Source of the DNA: Azolla caroliniana
Taxonomy: Eukaryota; Plantae; Polypodiophyta
Direction: 5' to 3'
DNA: 64,000 nucleotides
NCBI GenBank assembly: GCA_043228905.1
Contig: JBHGNT010000148.1
Location: 1-64,000 of the forward strand
A program made the translations under genes and the position numbers. The notes beneath the pieces are model-generated. The model did no database searches and was not told where the DNA came from. It was given only the letters and a program-made list of their open reading frames with translations. Of this stretch, positions 12,392-26,935 are shown piece by piece; the stretch's first letter is position 1; each line of letters begins with the position of its first letter.

Positions 12392-14497
12392 ACCTAGACT
12401 TTTCTAAAAGAGACTAAATCTTAATGTATAAATGGTAAATTAAGGGGTTGAACTTTAGGCATTGATTAATCGCCAAATGCAAATAAATAAGTAAACCATT
12501 GCTCAAAGCTCAATTAAACATTTAAATGATTGAATTCTCCCCGGCCAAATCAATTCAGTACAATGTAAACATAAACATTCCTTTATTAGGTCACGATCGG
12601 TAGATCAACAAATGTGTTCGTGAAGAGACATGATCATGTCATGTGCTAATAATAAGTAATCAATTTTATCTTCATATTCCATCAAGTATAACAAAGGTAG
12701 GGCATCACACATTGCTTTGCAATATGTTTGGCTATTTTCTAAACAATACGTTTCCTTGATGTTCAACACATATCTAAGCCTAAGTACATTATCCTCGAGG
12801 TAGAATTGCATACATTTTTATATATTTTATGGATTTCACTCACAATTGGCTTCAAACTTTGTCACAAGCTTAGTAATAACATAGATTTGAAAAACTCTTA
12901 TATTTAATTAAGGACAAAACAAGTAAAGCAAAAAAAGCATAAGTTAAAGTTTGTCATTTCATCTAAATGTTTTGCCTCTTCATGAAGCAACGTCGATAAA
13001 TTTTGAAATTTCCATTATTACAATCATTTCTAAATTGGCTTGATATCAATTCGAGACACAAAGGATGTGCCGATTTATTTTTTGGGCAATATCATGTTTT
13101 TCCCCAAATAGATGTGTGGTAGCACTATGCCCCTTATTTGGTTCATACCATGTGTGTGTGGTGCCTCACATGTGGCTACATGCAAAATTCCACATATTTA
13201 AGAAGCATTGTTGTGTCACTGTGTCACTATTGTTTTCTTTCTTCTTTTGAAAGGCTAGATAGAAAGGTATAGATTGTTACATGTTTGGAATAATCAACAT
13301 AGTGATATAAATTACAATAAAGTTTATCTATAGATCAGTAGTATCGCATCAAAATTGATATCGAAATCACAAAGGATCGCCACAAGTACATTTACAATCT
13401 TCTCGATCAATCCTTCATATCAAGGATAAGGAAATGCGTGTGTTGAAAGGAGTCCAAGCCCAAAGTTCCAAAAGATATCCGCATCATTTGTTCAAAGGTG
13501 TAAGAAACGATGTAAGAGAAATTTATCTCCATATTATCATTGTCATACAAATGTTATAAATTTCTAGGCCTCAAATGATTGACGATCTTGATTCATGCCT
13601 TAAACCTTTCTTATTGTAATAGTTACCTAAAATAACCAAATTGTGAATAAGTGTGCTAGCCAAGTGGCAAATTTGCATTAAGGTTAGGTGGCAGCATGCA
13701 TGGATAGAACTAAGACTATAATATATGCACAAGTATGAGGATCATGAAACCAACTCAACACTTGTGTTCGGTTAATGTGTTCAAAATTGCTACTATACTC
13801 TTTGTTCTTCGTGTGTGTATATTTGTGGATATGCATTCCCTTTTCTAACTTTGTAATGCTTTTGGCTTTGGCCTTGACAAGTGTTATCTACACACTCAAT
13901 GAGCTCTTTATTCACAAGAATATATCATAATGGTTAGATAGTCAATACCCTATGGGTGAGATATTCTTTACTACAATGCCATATTCTCCTACTATCAAAC
14001 ATATGTTTACACAAGATTCATGCATACGTTGCAAAAGGCATTGAGGAAGAATGAAGAGGTTGACAAATGTATCAATCCTAAAAAGCATCCACATTAGAAG
14101 CAATTTATTCCAATAAAAATTTCAAAGCCTTATAATGAGGAACAATTTTATTCGGCCGTGTCAACACAGTTGTTAGTTCTATATACCAATTGTGGCATGT
14201 CGTTTAGGAGAAGCAAGACATGGTGCAATAAAGATGTTTGAGAGTGGAACCCATGACCCTTAGTGATAACATAGGCAAGCAATTTATGATATTACAAAGA
14301 AAAGAATGAGAGCCATTCAAAAACAAATATGCTTTTGTGGGCTATTATAACTAAATGTGACCTTAATGTGAAAATGACCCTTTGGCCTTTTCAATGATAC
14401 TTTGAGATATCTAGCTCTTTTTAGGAGTCATTACATGCTACAATGAAGTAGAAAGGTTGGTCGTAATCAGCCTATGCACAACGTAACTAAATAAAGT

Positions 14498-17400
14498 TTA
14501 GTTGATGGAACTGCAATGCCTACGAATTTCCCCTTGGGTTCCTGTTAATATGCCAATCCTACCCATGGCAAGCATGGAATTGATGAAATTAGTGAAGAAA
14601 GAATGCTCATCGGTAGCATATTCTTGTACAATGGGTGTGGTCCTTGCATCGACTTTCAATGATGAATCGGACGTGAACAAACCCTTGTTCAAAAGCAGGT
14701 TTTGGAAGTATGTGTTATCAAATACACTAGGAGTTGAGGCATCTAAAGGAAGCCTAAAATGTGCATCAATGGGAAGATGACATATCGATCTCAATTTTTG
14801 GGCATATGATGTGTTCAACGTTGGGTCAATCCCGTCGGGGCTAGTGAAGCCATAAAATCTCCGGGCAGCCTGAAAGCAATGACCTCCTCCTATTGTATGA
14901 GCACCTACATAATACAAATGAAGAAAACTTCACACACATCTTAATTCAAAAACACATTTTAGTTTAATTTCTTGTGCTTATCCTCAATAGCTTTGGAGAT
15001 CCATAAATTACATTGTATCATGAAAATGTTTTTACATCATTTTGTACTCGTAGTAAAACTTTCAATCTACCATTGTACCTATGGTGGCACTATTGGATTT
15101 GAGGATATTGTTGGAACCGTATAAATCAAAACAAAGTTGCCTCATTGTTTTCTAGTTATATTCCAAAGAATCGGTTGGGTAAATAGAGACAAGAAACAAA
15201 CAAGGTAAAAAAGTTTATAGAACAATATATGGACAAAAGATTAAAATAGAGTAGACGATATATTACCCATTCACACCTTAGCACTAGTGAGCCCAAATCC
15301 ACTTACGGCCCATAAGGACATCAATCCAACATATCACCAATGTCATCGTGGTACTTTACATGGGAAAAAGAAATTGGCATGGGAAACATTCGCAAAGGGA
15401 GTAAAACCCGACAAAAGTTGTGTCCAAATCCTATTGAATTCCTATGCCATTTTCAAATTGATTCTAAAATTGTTCAGTTGGCAGAAAATTTGAGTAGTTC
15501 TTAGCATTTTCAGATAGATATAACTCTTATTGCATGTATGGAAAGGAACAGAAATGAAAGGAAAGACGAACTTCCCAAACATGCGATAGCCAATCAATCA
15601 TTCTACATCATCCATGCAATGCAATGTGTCAGTTTTGAGTAACAAGAACCTAGCCTTTAACTGGAGAAAGAAAAAGAAAAGGGGGAGGGGGTGTACACTG
15701 TACAAGCTCAGGGTAAAAAATAAACAAGAAAAGCGAACAATCGTAAACGTGTGCTTTTTCCTTTCCCTATTCAGTGTTTTGTTTTCGGGTGTCGAAGGAC
15801 ATGAAGCATGTGAATGTCAAAGTGTCTCCAAACCTTTACAGCTCAATGATAAAAAGAAAAAGAAGAAAAGCTACTCCCTATGGATTTATACAAGTGTAGC
15901 TATCTAGAGATGTACATATGTACACATAGTGAGTGAGATACCAATAAACAAATGTACACTTTTTTTTATTCATATGTGTGATACATAAATATACAAATGA
16001 CCAGATACCAATGTATACCTGACAAGGTGACCATATCACGGATTGTGAGACCTTTTGATGAGAAAATTTGTATGAGACCCTGAGCTGTGGATTGGCTTGA
16101 AGGCAAGTTCGCAGATGCTTCCGATGATATCGACACTCGCCCGTCTCTCCTACCCAATTCTACTTGCCAATCCGGTCCTCCACTCTATATGCACCCACAC
16201 ACACACACACATTTGTTTTTGTCAATGCATGACATTACAAACCTCGACCCGATCGTGGAAACTTACGAAGAACATTACAGAATGTCAGATTAGAAACTGT
16301 TAAAAACACTAGGGGTATAAATGTGCTTGCCAACATCATGAGAGACAATAACATAACATGGAGTCATCGGAATGAGAAACGTGGGGTACTAATCAATATG
16401 GCTTTCCACATTCACTATTCGATTCCTGATTCTTCGAGGTCTCGCCGTTTCTCGCATTGAACACTTTTATAAGGGGGGGAAACGAGGGAAAACTTGGTCT
16501 CTTTCCCACATGGGAAACAACAAGCGAGTTTTTCCTATGTCGAAAAATGTTCAGAATGCCTTGCCCCTCACCATACATAGCTAGCACATAGCTACATATC
16601 CAGAGCCTTGTATGAAAAAGCTCATGATGTCAAACATTATACGAAAACACAAGGAGAACATGGGTCCATTAGTCCCACATGGCAAAAATATGACGGCAAA
16701 GTGCTTGTTTTCGTCGCAAGGAAACAATCAGGGATGCCTTTCGCAACCCATGCCTTGCTAGATTATATGAGGGTGCTCATGTGAAGAATCTAGTAAATGA
16801 ACATCAGAAACATGAGAGTACTTCTTGGGTTCTTTCATCCCACATTGGAAAAAATGTCGAGAAAACTTGTTGCGTGGCACATACCGACTTGTATAGAACA
16901 TTATATAGATAGACAAACTTCGTTTAACACCCTCGCATGTCAAATAGGAGACGTGAGAGACATGAGGATAGGCATTGCATAAAAGTATGGGTTCAGTTTA
17001 ACTGACCTGCATTACGACTTCTTTTGCTGCAAGGGCGAGGATGTCTGCACATGAGACAACCCCCGGGCATGCCTTCTCGAGTTCAACCTTGATTGTGTCG
17101 ATAAGCCCAAATTCCCGCAATGTTTGGTTCGGGGGAGCATCCCGCTCAGCTGAGTTGCTTGGTGTCGACTTTACGAGGACTGATCCATCACATCCCTATC
17201 CAAAAAAAAAGAATTTACTATCATATGATTGCCCCACACAAACACACACAATGTCCATCTTTAAAAGAAGCATCATCATCATCATACATGCCTAACAATA
17301 CATCCATCCATGTATGTGAATTCAAATCAAAATACATCCATCCATGTATGTGAATTCAAATAAAAAAACATCCATCCATTTATGTGAATTCAAATCAACA

Positions 17401-17826
17401 TACATCCATCATGCATTCAACAAACACATAAGAAACGATGATTCCCCAACACATTCAACCAATGTTATGGCTTTTGGAAGATGTGGCTCCTTGGCAATCA
17501 TTCCATTCAAACAAATATATAGTTTTTCGATGGATGGATCAATAAATGAGCACAAACGGTATCAAATTTCAATCATATTGGTGATATAAGTTTGGATATA
17601 CCCGAACAAAGCAATCGTGGAAGAACATACGAAGGACAGGACCAATAGCCGTGTGGTCTTGTTGGAGCCGAGCGGCAACAGCATTCGCGACGATGAATTG
17701 CAAAGACGGGCACGAGTTGGCATAGAAACTGGTGCTTAGCAATGCATTGGTGCCATGGAAATTAGCTAACAGAAGGCATTGCATTACTAGCACACCATAA
17801 GCTAACACAAACATATTCACCTTCAT
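14498..17826 (-). CDS. PRX: Class III secretory plant peroxidase, 4 exons, 328 aa
   Basis: Exons 17826-17602, 17195-17007, 16184-16019, 14904-14498 (987 nt, canonical 3-intron layout). Signal peptide, LRMFFHDCFVRGCDGS (distal His), VSCADILALA, GRRDG, MVTLSGAHTIG (proximal His), FDNTYF, GEIRRHC. Confidence 0.96.
17298..17420. repeat. Minisatellite, ~3 x 34 bp, in peroxidase intron 1
   Basis: atacatccatccatgtatgtgaattcaaatcaaa repeated. Confidence 0.85.
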
Positions 17827-20351
17827 AGTCCCCCAACAAGATGTGTATACAGAGTACATAAATCTAGCCCTAACCTAATAAGCATAAGCTCAAATATAGG
17901 GAGATTAAGGGCAAGGAGGGATCTTTCTAAATTAAAATGAGAAACAAAATGTAATAAGAAACAATGAGAAGCTCCAGTAATTTGGAGATATCTCTATACA
18001 CAGGAACAGGGAGTGTGTGTAATGTAAATCACAAGCAATCTATGCAGGCATGTGTGTATGTATGGATGGATGGATGAATGGATGTATAATGGGCATATAT
18101 ATATACACATACGTGTGGAATGTATGCTAGAAGTAGAGATAAGAAAGAATCACTAGTGATGATGATGATGAGTGGGAAACAGAGTGTATGTTGATCTGCT
18201 TCTTCTTCTTCTTCTTCTTCTTCTTCTTCTTTCCTTTTGTATTTTCTTCTTGCTTTTAGAGAAAAAGCAAAGAGAGTGAGAGTTGAGAGTGAGGGTGAGA
18301 GAGGCAGGGGAAGGCAAAAGTAAAAATAAAACCAAATTATTAATTAATAATAATTATTATTATTATACATCAGACAAAAAAACGCGGTTTCACACCTGGC
18401 TGCCCTTTATGTCTCTGCCTTTGTCCACCCCATCATTATTATGTATTCACGCACATCTATACTACACATGTATGTCTATATGTATTATGTACATATATGT
18501 CCATGGAATGCATGCCCATACCCATGCCCAAATGGTTTTCATCACTTTACCATTGTCATTCACTATTCTTATTCTTATGAGATATTCTCATAGCCATGGC
18601 TTCTGATATAAGCTAAGTTCACAAATTTCAAAAGAGAGCAGCACATACGTGTGTGCAACCATCTGTGTGTCTGTCTCTCTATGTGTGTGTGAGTGTCTTG
18701 TGTGCTCATGCCCATAAGTGTAATAGTAATTGAACTACAAGAAAAGAGAGAGGTCTATCAATTGTAACTAATGTGTGAATGATCGGATGAGGAGAGAGAC
18801 AAGGAGGCATTATGCACTTGTTTTACTCCTCCATGTGCAAACTTTTCCTTGTTTGAGTACTTCGTTGTGTATGTGTTTCATTCTAAGTTTGACATGTGTG
18901 CACAACAATGTGTGAATCGCTCACTAGCTAGCAGATTCGATCTTATTGTATTAATTACTTATATGAATAGCAGGAAACAACAATGTAAGCATCTATGAAC
19001 ATTGATATTATTGTGAATAAAAGAATCTCTTGAAAAGAAAGATTCATTATGGGTTGTATTGTGCTTAAAAGCAATAGAAGATAACTTTAAATCTCTTTAA
19101 TGGAATGGCAAGTAGAGCTAGACAACCAAACATGCATTTTTTTAGTTACTACTTAAATACCATGACCGACATTAAGAATTGGTTAATTGAGGAGTTCGTG
19201 GTTACCTCTCGAATCTCATTCATCCCGACAAAAATAATAATAATGGGGACAAGTAAAATGCACCCCGATAAAGAAAATATTTAAGCAACCATGGGAACAC
19301 TGCCTCTCTATGTTGTGTGATGGTCAAGAATGAAAATCGCATGTTGATTCTTGAAATCATCACATATTCCTTTGTCTTATGGCCAAACCAATGTGGCTCT
19401 CAATCCTAAGAAGATCACCACATCAAGAAGGGATATGTAACATTCTTTCCCTATACCCTAGCACTTCATATGCAAGACTAAGAAATAACATCCTTCATAA
19501 ATAAAACAAACAAGAATCCTTCATTCCTTGAAGACCTTTCTTCAATGAGACACAAAGTGGTAAGGCCCAAATGTAGAAAAGGAACCCCTTCTAATGTGAG
19601 TCTTATAAATGGTGAGCCTTTTCCTAACGAGCCACAATACTCCTTTGTCCTTTAAATAATTCCAAGAAAAGTATTCGACTTAAAACAAAATGTGCTTTTG
19701 CATCATGTGAACAATCTTTGGAAATGATTCATTGGTGATTAGACAAACACAATCTTTTAGAGTTTCTTATTACTATAGTGCAACCTTTGTGGTTAAGAAC
19801 ATTGTAAACCAAAATACTCAATAATGGTTCAAGATTGTACCTTTTGTTCTTGTATTGCTTGTAATGCAAGTTGATACTATTTTTTGGAGTATATTTTTAT
19901 AAGTGCAAATAAGATAAGCTACCCATTGTGTTCTATTTACCATCCACTTCTTTTGCTTTGTTTTGTCTTTTCAAACTGGGATTAGGAGGGTGCATTTGTG
20001 TTGCTACGTAGACTAGTTTTGATCTTTTGTATTTTTCAGCCATTGTGTTTGTGATTTGCACAATGCTCTAAAGAAACCCCACAACACGAGAGTTGGTCAT
20101 TGTAATCATGAATCTTATGGATTTGCCAATCGCCATTTGCTTAAAGGCTCATGGTTTGTATTTGTCCACAATAAATATCTTCAAAGTTAGGCCTATTAGG
20201 GTCAAAGTTTCACATGAAAAGGAAAACTCCTTCAAATGAAAATTTCCATTTTCAAGGTCAAAGGTCAACGCCATTTGTATCTTGAGTTTTACTAGAAACT
20301 AAGTTGAGAATCAAGTTGAGCTCTCCCCAACAAAAACTAATAACAAACATG

Positions 20352-20578
20352 CTCCAACCAAACCGCGCATCCAACAAGGTTACTGCAAGAGATATGGAGT
20401 GAAATTGTAGCCACTCTAAAGAGCCAATATGATGGCCTCAAGGGTGGCTCCGATGGAGTTGAAAGACAGCGAATAGCCTTCATCCAACAATCACGTCCCT
20501 ACAGGGATTTGTACATAATCGTCTCATTTGTAAAATTTTATAACTAATGGAAAGAGTTTTTTTTTGGAAAAAAAAAAA
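20352..20578 (+). mobile_element. Short 5'-truncated copy of the LINE at 11390-12391, with an internal deletion
   Basis: Near-identical to 12103-12385 apart from a ~55-bp deletion. Same T-run/GG/A-tail. Flanked by an aaacatg direct repeat (probable TSD). Confidence 0.88.
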
Positions 20579-23500
20579 CATGTTTATATGAGGTGTATCT
20601 ATTAAAACTAGTGCTTGCATTATCTCGTTTCAACCTTAGTTTGGTTATGCAAATGGAATTCTTCATCAAATATTTCTTTGTTGTTCATTGCAGACTTTAG
20701 GGGCAAAAGATAAACTTAAGTTTGCAAAGAGGATGTTTTTGCATCCATATTATGGAAATATACACAAATATTTATTTATCTAGGATGGTTGCCTACAATC
20801 TCGTGGGCATCATTACACTGTATTCTTATGGCCATTATCTGAAATACTTATTTAGGAATCCATTCTTCACAATTGGCCATATTCCAGGCCTCAACTTGGA
20901 TACACGTGAAAAGAAATTTTGTCTCAAAAGTTCAATATTCCCTATCTACCTAAATTATACATGAACAAAATTCAAGTTTGTCATCCTCATATTTTGTATA
21001 CTTGGCAACTTGCCAAGTTATATTTAGTTGTAGTCATAATTGAATAAGACAACACGCTTTCCTCGAGTAAAAGAAACACAAACATAGGTGCCTTAAGTAG
21101 CGCCATAATTTATCTTTATCTCCATCTAGTTGTTTGGTTTGTGTTATCCTAGTGTTAATATTAAAATTGAAAAGCTAGATAAGAATTTTTTTACATCTAG
21201 ACGTTGTCATGCGGAAGTTAATACATACATATAGATGAGATGACATGTATGTATCATTCATTTGCTTCAAGTATGCATGGTAGTATGTGTTGTCTAACGT
21301 GGCATCACACACAAGCTTAGCTCTTATCAGTTGAATCAAATGCATAAAATAGTTGTAAACAAATTTAGTCAGAACTAAATATTTTTTTGACTCTACTCTA
21401 CCGTGGTTATATAAATATACTTCTATTTCTAGAGACATTTGTCCTCCAAAAGTCTTTGTCCACTCTTTTCTATTTGCCATTGATGATAATTTAACATATA
21501 AATAAATTGTTGATTGTGGCCATTCCTGACAAGATTAAAGCATTAGTTGGTTGGAGCGACATCTAATTGATCAAAAGTAAACGTATGTTTGTGTTAAAAC
21601 TCCCATTATAAATAATTGCGAACAATATTTCCTCTTAGAAGAAGGAGAAGCCCTTCTTCCAAGCATATAATAGTTGATGTCAACATGAATCTCCGCGTGG
21701 TAAAAGTACTAGCAATCTTGTGAATGCATTTGTTGCATGGATGTTCTCATGTACAAAGGTCAATTGTGGCATTGCCTTTATTATGCATCCATATGTGCAT
21801 ATGCATATGTGTGATACATCTTGGTCCAATATGTGTCCTCTTCCCAGAGATGTATTGTTATGTTCATCATAAGTAAAAAAGTTGATCATATTCTACACGT
21901 ACACGTGCTCTTTTGTGTAAAGTAAAACATTAATATACTCATAGTCTAAACACACACCTAGGAATCTTGTGCCCTCTTGGGATGGGATTAAGTTAAACAC
22001 AACTATCGTTGTTTTTAATAGTGTTACAACCTCAACGATGTAAATATAATGGAAGCAACAATGTTATTCATTTAAATTGTTAATACATGGTAATATTTAT
22101 TATGTAATTTGCTTTAAAGTTGTGAGTAAATATGCATGATGGGTGTTTGTGACCATTATTGTCAAGAGTCTTATAACCATTTGTATTATCTTCAGAACAT
22201 TAGTGATTGTATTTTATGAAAGGAGCATAATGATGCACATCCTAATCAAAATCTTTTATTGGTCAAAAGTAATAAATTGATCATGACATATAAATACTTG
22301 TACATAAACATATATTGAATTTGCATGTCTCCTCGTTTGAGAAGTACACAATCCTTCCTAGTAGATGGATTTGTAATCTATATTTATCCTAACTCTAAAA
22401 CTTCAAGTTTCATGTACACATATCAAGACCCTCTCAAAACAAAGAGTAAAAACCAAAACATTGTATTATATAGCTCACGAGGATGTCACTTGTTGCTTGT
22501 TTACCACGCTTCTAGATATCTTAAATCTAGATAACTTTAAGGAAACATTCATGGCTACAATGTAGATACATGTATGCACATATGTATACATATATGTATC
22601 TGTCTTGATGTGACATCTAAGACATCTTAGCCTTGGGAACAAAGCGTGTCTTCCACAACTAAATCATATAAAACTTTATGACTTTTACTTTCCTTGGGAT
22701 GGTGGAAAGTGAGTCAAGACAGTTAGTTAGGAACTATTGGTGGGATGATATCGAGACAATCAGAAAACAAGTGTACCTTTCTTGAAATCATGAATCAAAG
22801 GAATGGTCGTCCATGTCATAATCATTGTCGACAAAGCTATAACCCATTGTTTAGTTATTTCATTCATCATATTATGCACACTTCATACTACTAGTGGTTT
22901 AGGTCAACATGAGATAAAAGTCCACTAAGAATCTAGATTCTACATTACTAATGTGGCTATATTATCACATACACACTTCTAGTTTGAGATGGGGACCCTA
23001 CCATGCCTTTGTTGGCTTGTAGTATCTTTGCATTATTCTTGTTTGTAGCAAAGCATTTGATTATTGGTGTATTAACCTCAAAGTATTAGGTTATGTGCAT
23101 TGACCTCACATGAGGTCGCCAAACTCAACAATCCAAGCCTCATCTCTTCGGCACATGTGTGTGATGTCTATTTAAGCATAAAGGCGATTCTAAGAAAATA
23201 AATGAGCCACATGTGGGAGATTGTTTGATTTTGACACTCTTTTTAGGTTCCATAATCCATTGTGATATGTTTATGGAACAATATCATCGTCACCATCATC
23301 TATCTCTATCATCCACTTAGTCACACATGCATGAAAGAGGTCCCATAAGATTTGTTTATAGGAGTAATCCAATTGCTTCCTTCCATTACAATTGTAATAA
23401 AACTAATAAGAGTTTAGATAACTTGTCCAAATAAATGTGCAAGTGCATATGCACAAAAAAAGAAGATTATGAATATATTGTTGTTTACTTGGGAAGTTGA

Positions 23501-24124
23501 TGCAAGTTAGTGTGTTTGTTCTATATATAACCTTCCGTTGGAATCACAAAATTAAAACCTTGGAACTCCCAATATTAGCACGGTGAATATGGTGGTTTAT
23601 CATACTATTGCTTCTCTTTCATCTATATTTATGTGCATCATGTCCTTCTTGGGTTGTGCTACTAGGCAACATGGTTATATTTTGAGGTGATATAAAAAAT
23701 ACAACTAGTATATAAGCTAATGCCATATCATATATGTACCCTTGGACATTTTTCAGAAAATTGTCAAAAAAAACAAACATGTTACCCTAATATAGACCCA
23801 ACAAAAGTGATATTTACTTTAGTAATAATTTTAAACATAGAATTTCTCAATTGCTTTCATTGTTATGCCCCGGATTATGGGGGTCTCAAAACACACGAAA
23901 ACACGGTTGGGACAGAGAGAATTAGGACAACAAGATGATTTATATATTATATGACGAGATACAAGCATACAAGAGTTCCAAGTTGGGACAAAACCAAAAA
24001 CGAGGTTGGGATGAGTCGGGACTCAACCAAGACTCGTTGGGACAACCTCCCAAAAAGATAAGGTTACAAGAAGAGAGAGTAGAACTTAGAGGTCAAGACA
24101 ATCAAAATGAGGAGAAGCTCCTTC

Positions 24125-24538
24125 TAACAATCGGCAACGGTTCGGTTCGGTTTGAGAGGGTCTAAACCGAACCGAACCGCAAAACCGTTAAACAATTTTC
24201 AAATAGTAACCATAAAACTGTAAAAACCGTGGTTTCGTGGTTCGGTTTCGGTTTTCAACATAGGTCAAAATTTTAATTTTTTAAAAATTTTAATTTTTTT
24301 AAAGATGTTCCTAAAATGTGAAAATAAGGTCTAAAAATGAAAAGATTGTTTAAAAACAATTTTAATTTAAAAATAAATAAATTTAATAATAAAAAACCGT
24401 TAAACCGTTTAAACCGCGATTTTTTACTGATGAAACCGAACCGTTTTTTAAAACCCAAACCTGAACCGAATCGATGAAACCGTTAAACCACGGTTTCACG
24501 GTTTGGTTTGGTTCAAACCGAACCGTTGCCGATTGTTA
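24125..24538. mobile_element. hAT-superfamily MITE, copy 1
   Basis: TIR TAACAATCGGCAACGGTTCGGTT...AACCGAACCGTTGCCGATTGTTA. Perfect 8-bp TSD gctccttc at 24117-24124 and 24539-24546. Subterminal (AACCG)n repeats. Confidence 0.93.
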
Positions 24539-24574
24539 GCTCCTTCTTATATTAAGTTGTTTACTTTATTATAC

Positions 24575-26935
24575 TTATTTATTTATTTATTTTTCCCAAA
24601 AAAAATCTACTTCCATTAGTTAAGAAAAAGTACATGGAATAATATACAACTCATATGTTACAAGCCACTTTGCAATGGCTACAACAAAACATCACGTATA
24701 AATGAAGCAACTAAGCCTCATCACATAATTACTCGACAGACGCCTATCAACATGAGCCTCACACACCCACATTCAGCAAAGACACCCGCCAATCACTTCA
24801 CAATTTAGCACCTACCTCTATGTTTGGTACCCTATGAGGGAACAACCATCGGGGAGGCTGATATATTCACTTTGCATTGCCATCCACCATTTGTAACATT
24901 GGGGAACCTCTCCATTTTAGAAGGAAGCGGTACCTAACTTCTTCACTCGCATAAGAGGGCCCTTGAAGGCTATCAAACTTACCTCGTAGCGTAGAAATTA
25001 GATTACACCAAATCATCATTAAACTCTCAGCCGATGGGGTTCGCTTTCTGGTAAAAGACTACTTACACCTTGATACCCCATACTTGCCAAATAGTAAGGC
25101 CAACCACTAAAATCCAAACATCTACGTATCGGTCCTGTATGAAGAATGAATCTTCTTGAGCTGCAGGATGAATTGTACCATTCACCACCTTTAAAGAAGG
25201 GCTATTTCCATTCCACCCATGAAACCATGCAGCCGAGTCAGTAGCTAACCAAACAACGACTGCACTTGATACCTGAACTTCAACCCCGCATCGAGCCAGA
25301 ATTCTTAAGCTCCTCTTCCAAACTTCTTGGGCTCGCGGGCAACTCCATAAACAATGTGCGATGTCCTCCAAACTCGCTCCACAGGCCTTGCACTTACTCA
25401 TGCCACCCCTTTTCCCCAGCCACTCTCTGGTTGGAACAACTTGATGGGTGATTAGCCAAAAAAACACCTTGACCCTCTCGGGGAGGGAAGAGTTCCATAT
25501 CATGCTCCTGGTTTTATCTACAAAGACCAAATCAACAACTACGTGGGTCCATTTGTTGGCACACTTCTCACGATGCAAGCATAAATGCCTACCCAAGCGA
25601 GTTGAGAAGTCAAAGAAACCATGTGATTTACCTTGTTTGTCCCTCCACACATATTCTGCAGGATCCCATTCTAAACACTCAAGTAGCTTGCCTCCTCAAC
25701 CTCAGCGACTGATGGATTCACCTTCCATTTCTTACCGTGTCGTGCCACAATTCTAATCAGGGACCAACGAGCACCTGCAACTATAGATCCCAACTGGATG
25801 ATCTTCCCATTCTGTCCTATACCCTTGGCATTGATAACTTTTCCGGCATCATCACATTGTCCAAACCATTCACCCTCGTCCCCATTACTAATAGGAATAG
25901 AGTAAACAACTTTATCGACTAGATCAAGCATCTTCCTACCATTTCTGAACTTTCTCGCATCTTCATATAATTTATCCCGATTACTAGGGGACAACTACAT
26001 CCAATTTGCCATTGACTGAATGCCAATACCATGCAATATAGCTCACGACATACCCTTGTGTTGGCCAAGCATCTTCCCCTCGGTCGACTTTAAGGTCTCG
26101 TTCCACAATAGGGGTTGGTGCATCCATTCAACATTAGTACTTGGACCTATACGCCTAAGATGCCCACGGAGCATATCCCACGCCTTCATCACTGACATAC
26201 ATGTGCAATCAACCAATCGATTAGATTTCCTAAGCTTTAAGTTCATACAAAAGAGCCATGATTTATGTGGCTTCCAATGTCCACCAAGTCGTGGACTCCA
26301 AAGGATGCTCCTATTAAAAATCAATGTTTTCCATAACTCATTTCCGGGCAGCAAGCTCCTTACCAATATCTTACATAGCAATGATTGACTTTGTACTCCA
26401 GGGTCTATCAATCCTAGACCCCCCTTACTTTTGGGAAGAATCAACGTAGACCATGATACTTTAGCTGCCGCGTTGTCTTTCCTATTCCCAACCCATAGAA
26501 AGCCCCTAATACACGCTTTAACAATACAAATAACATGCTTGTCAAACATCCACACTAAGACCGCATGCCACATAGTAGACAAGAGTACATGGTTAGCTAC
26601 TATGATCCTGCCAACTAATGATAAATTCATCCCTGACCAGATACGGATTTTGTTGCAAATTTTACTTTGAATTTGTTGCAACTGAATTCTTTTGTCAATA
26701 TCTACACCAATCCACATTCCCAGATATCTAATGCCTTCTCCTTTTGCAATCCATCTAAAATCAGCATTTGGTTTCCATATCGGCTCAGCCTCCAAGCTAA
26801 TCCAAAAACCCTTGGACTTATTCCAATTGATGGTGGCTCCCGATGCTTTATTATACTTATTAATCATATAAACATGATGATGTAGTGGTAAAGCTTGCTC
26901 AATTACAAAGACTACATGTTGAAGTCGCAAAGCAT
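24575..26935 (-). mobile_element. 5'-truncated, degenerate L1/Tx1-like LINE (late RT/thumb, zf-RVT, C-terminal domain, (TAAA)n tail)
   Basis: ASGATINWNKS, IRYLGMWIG, LSLVGRIIVANHVLLS, KSKGGLGL, CKACGASLEDIAHCLWSCP. Frameshifted across ORFs 26043-26930, 25671-25994 and 25063-25650. Confidence 0.9.

Noticed and set aside
18630-18712. miR156/529/535-like hairpin upstream of the peroxidase
   Set aside because: No adequate match to the mature sequences I know; the pairing comes from GT/CA microsatellite.
19000-23900. Long gene-free stretch, probably decayed TE sequence (similar regions at 27000-28700, 36300-39500 and 62300-64000)
   Set aside because: Apart from the LINE copy at 20352, no domain, terminal repeat or spliceable ORF could be identified by eye.
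24140-24530. Regularly spaced (AACCG)n repeats resembling an array or CRISPR
   Set aside because: These are subterminal repeats of a TIR/TSD-bounded hAT MITE. There are no unique spacers and no cas genes.
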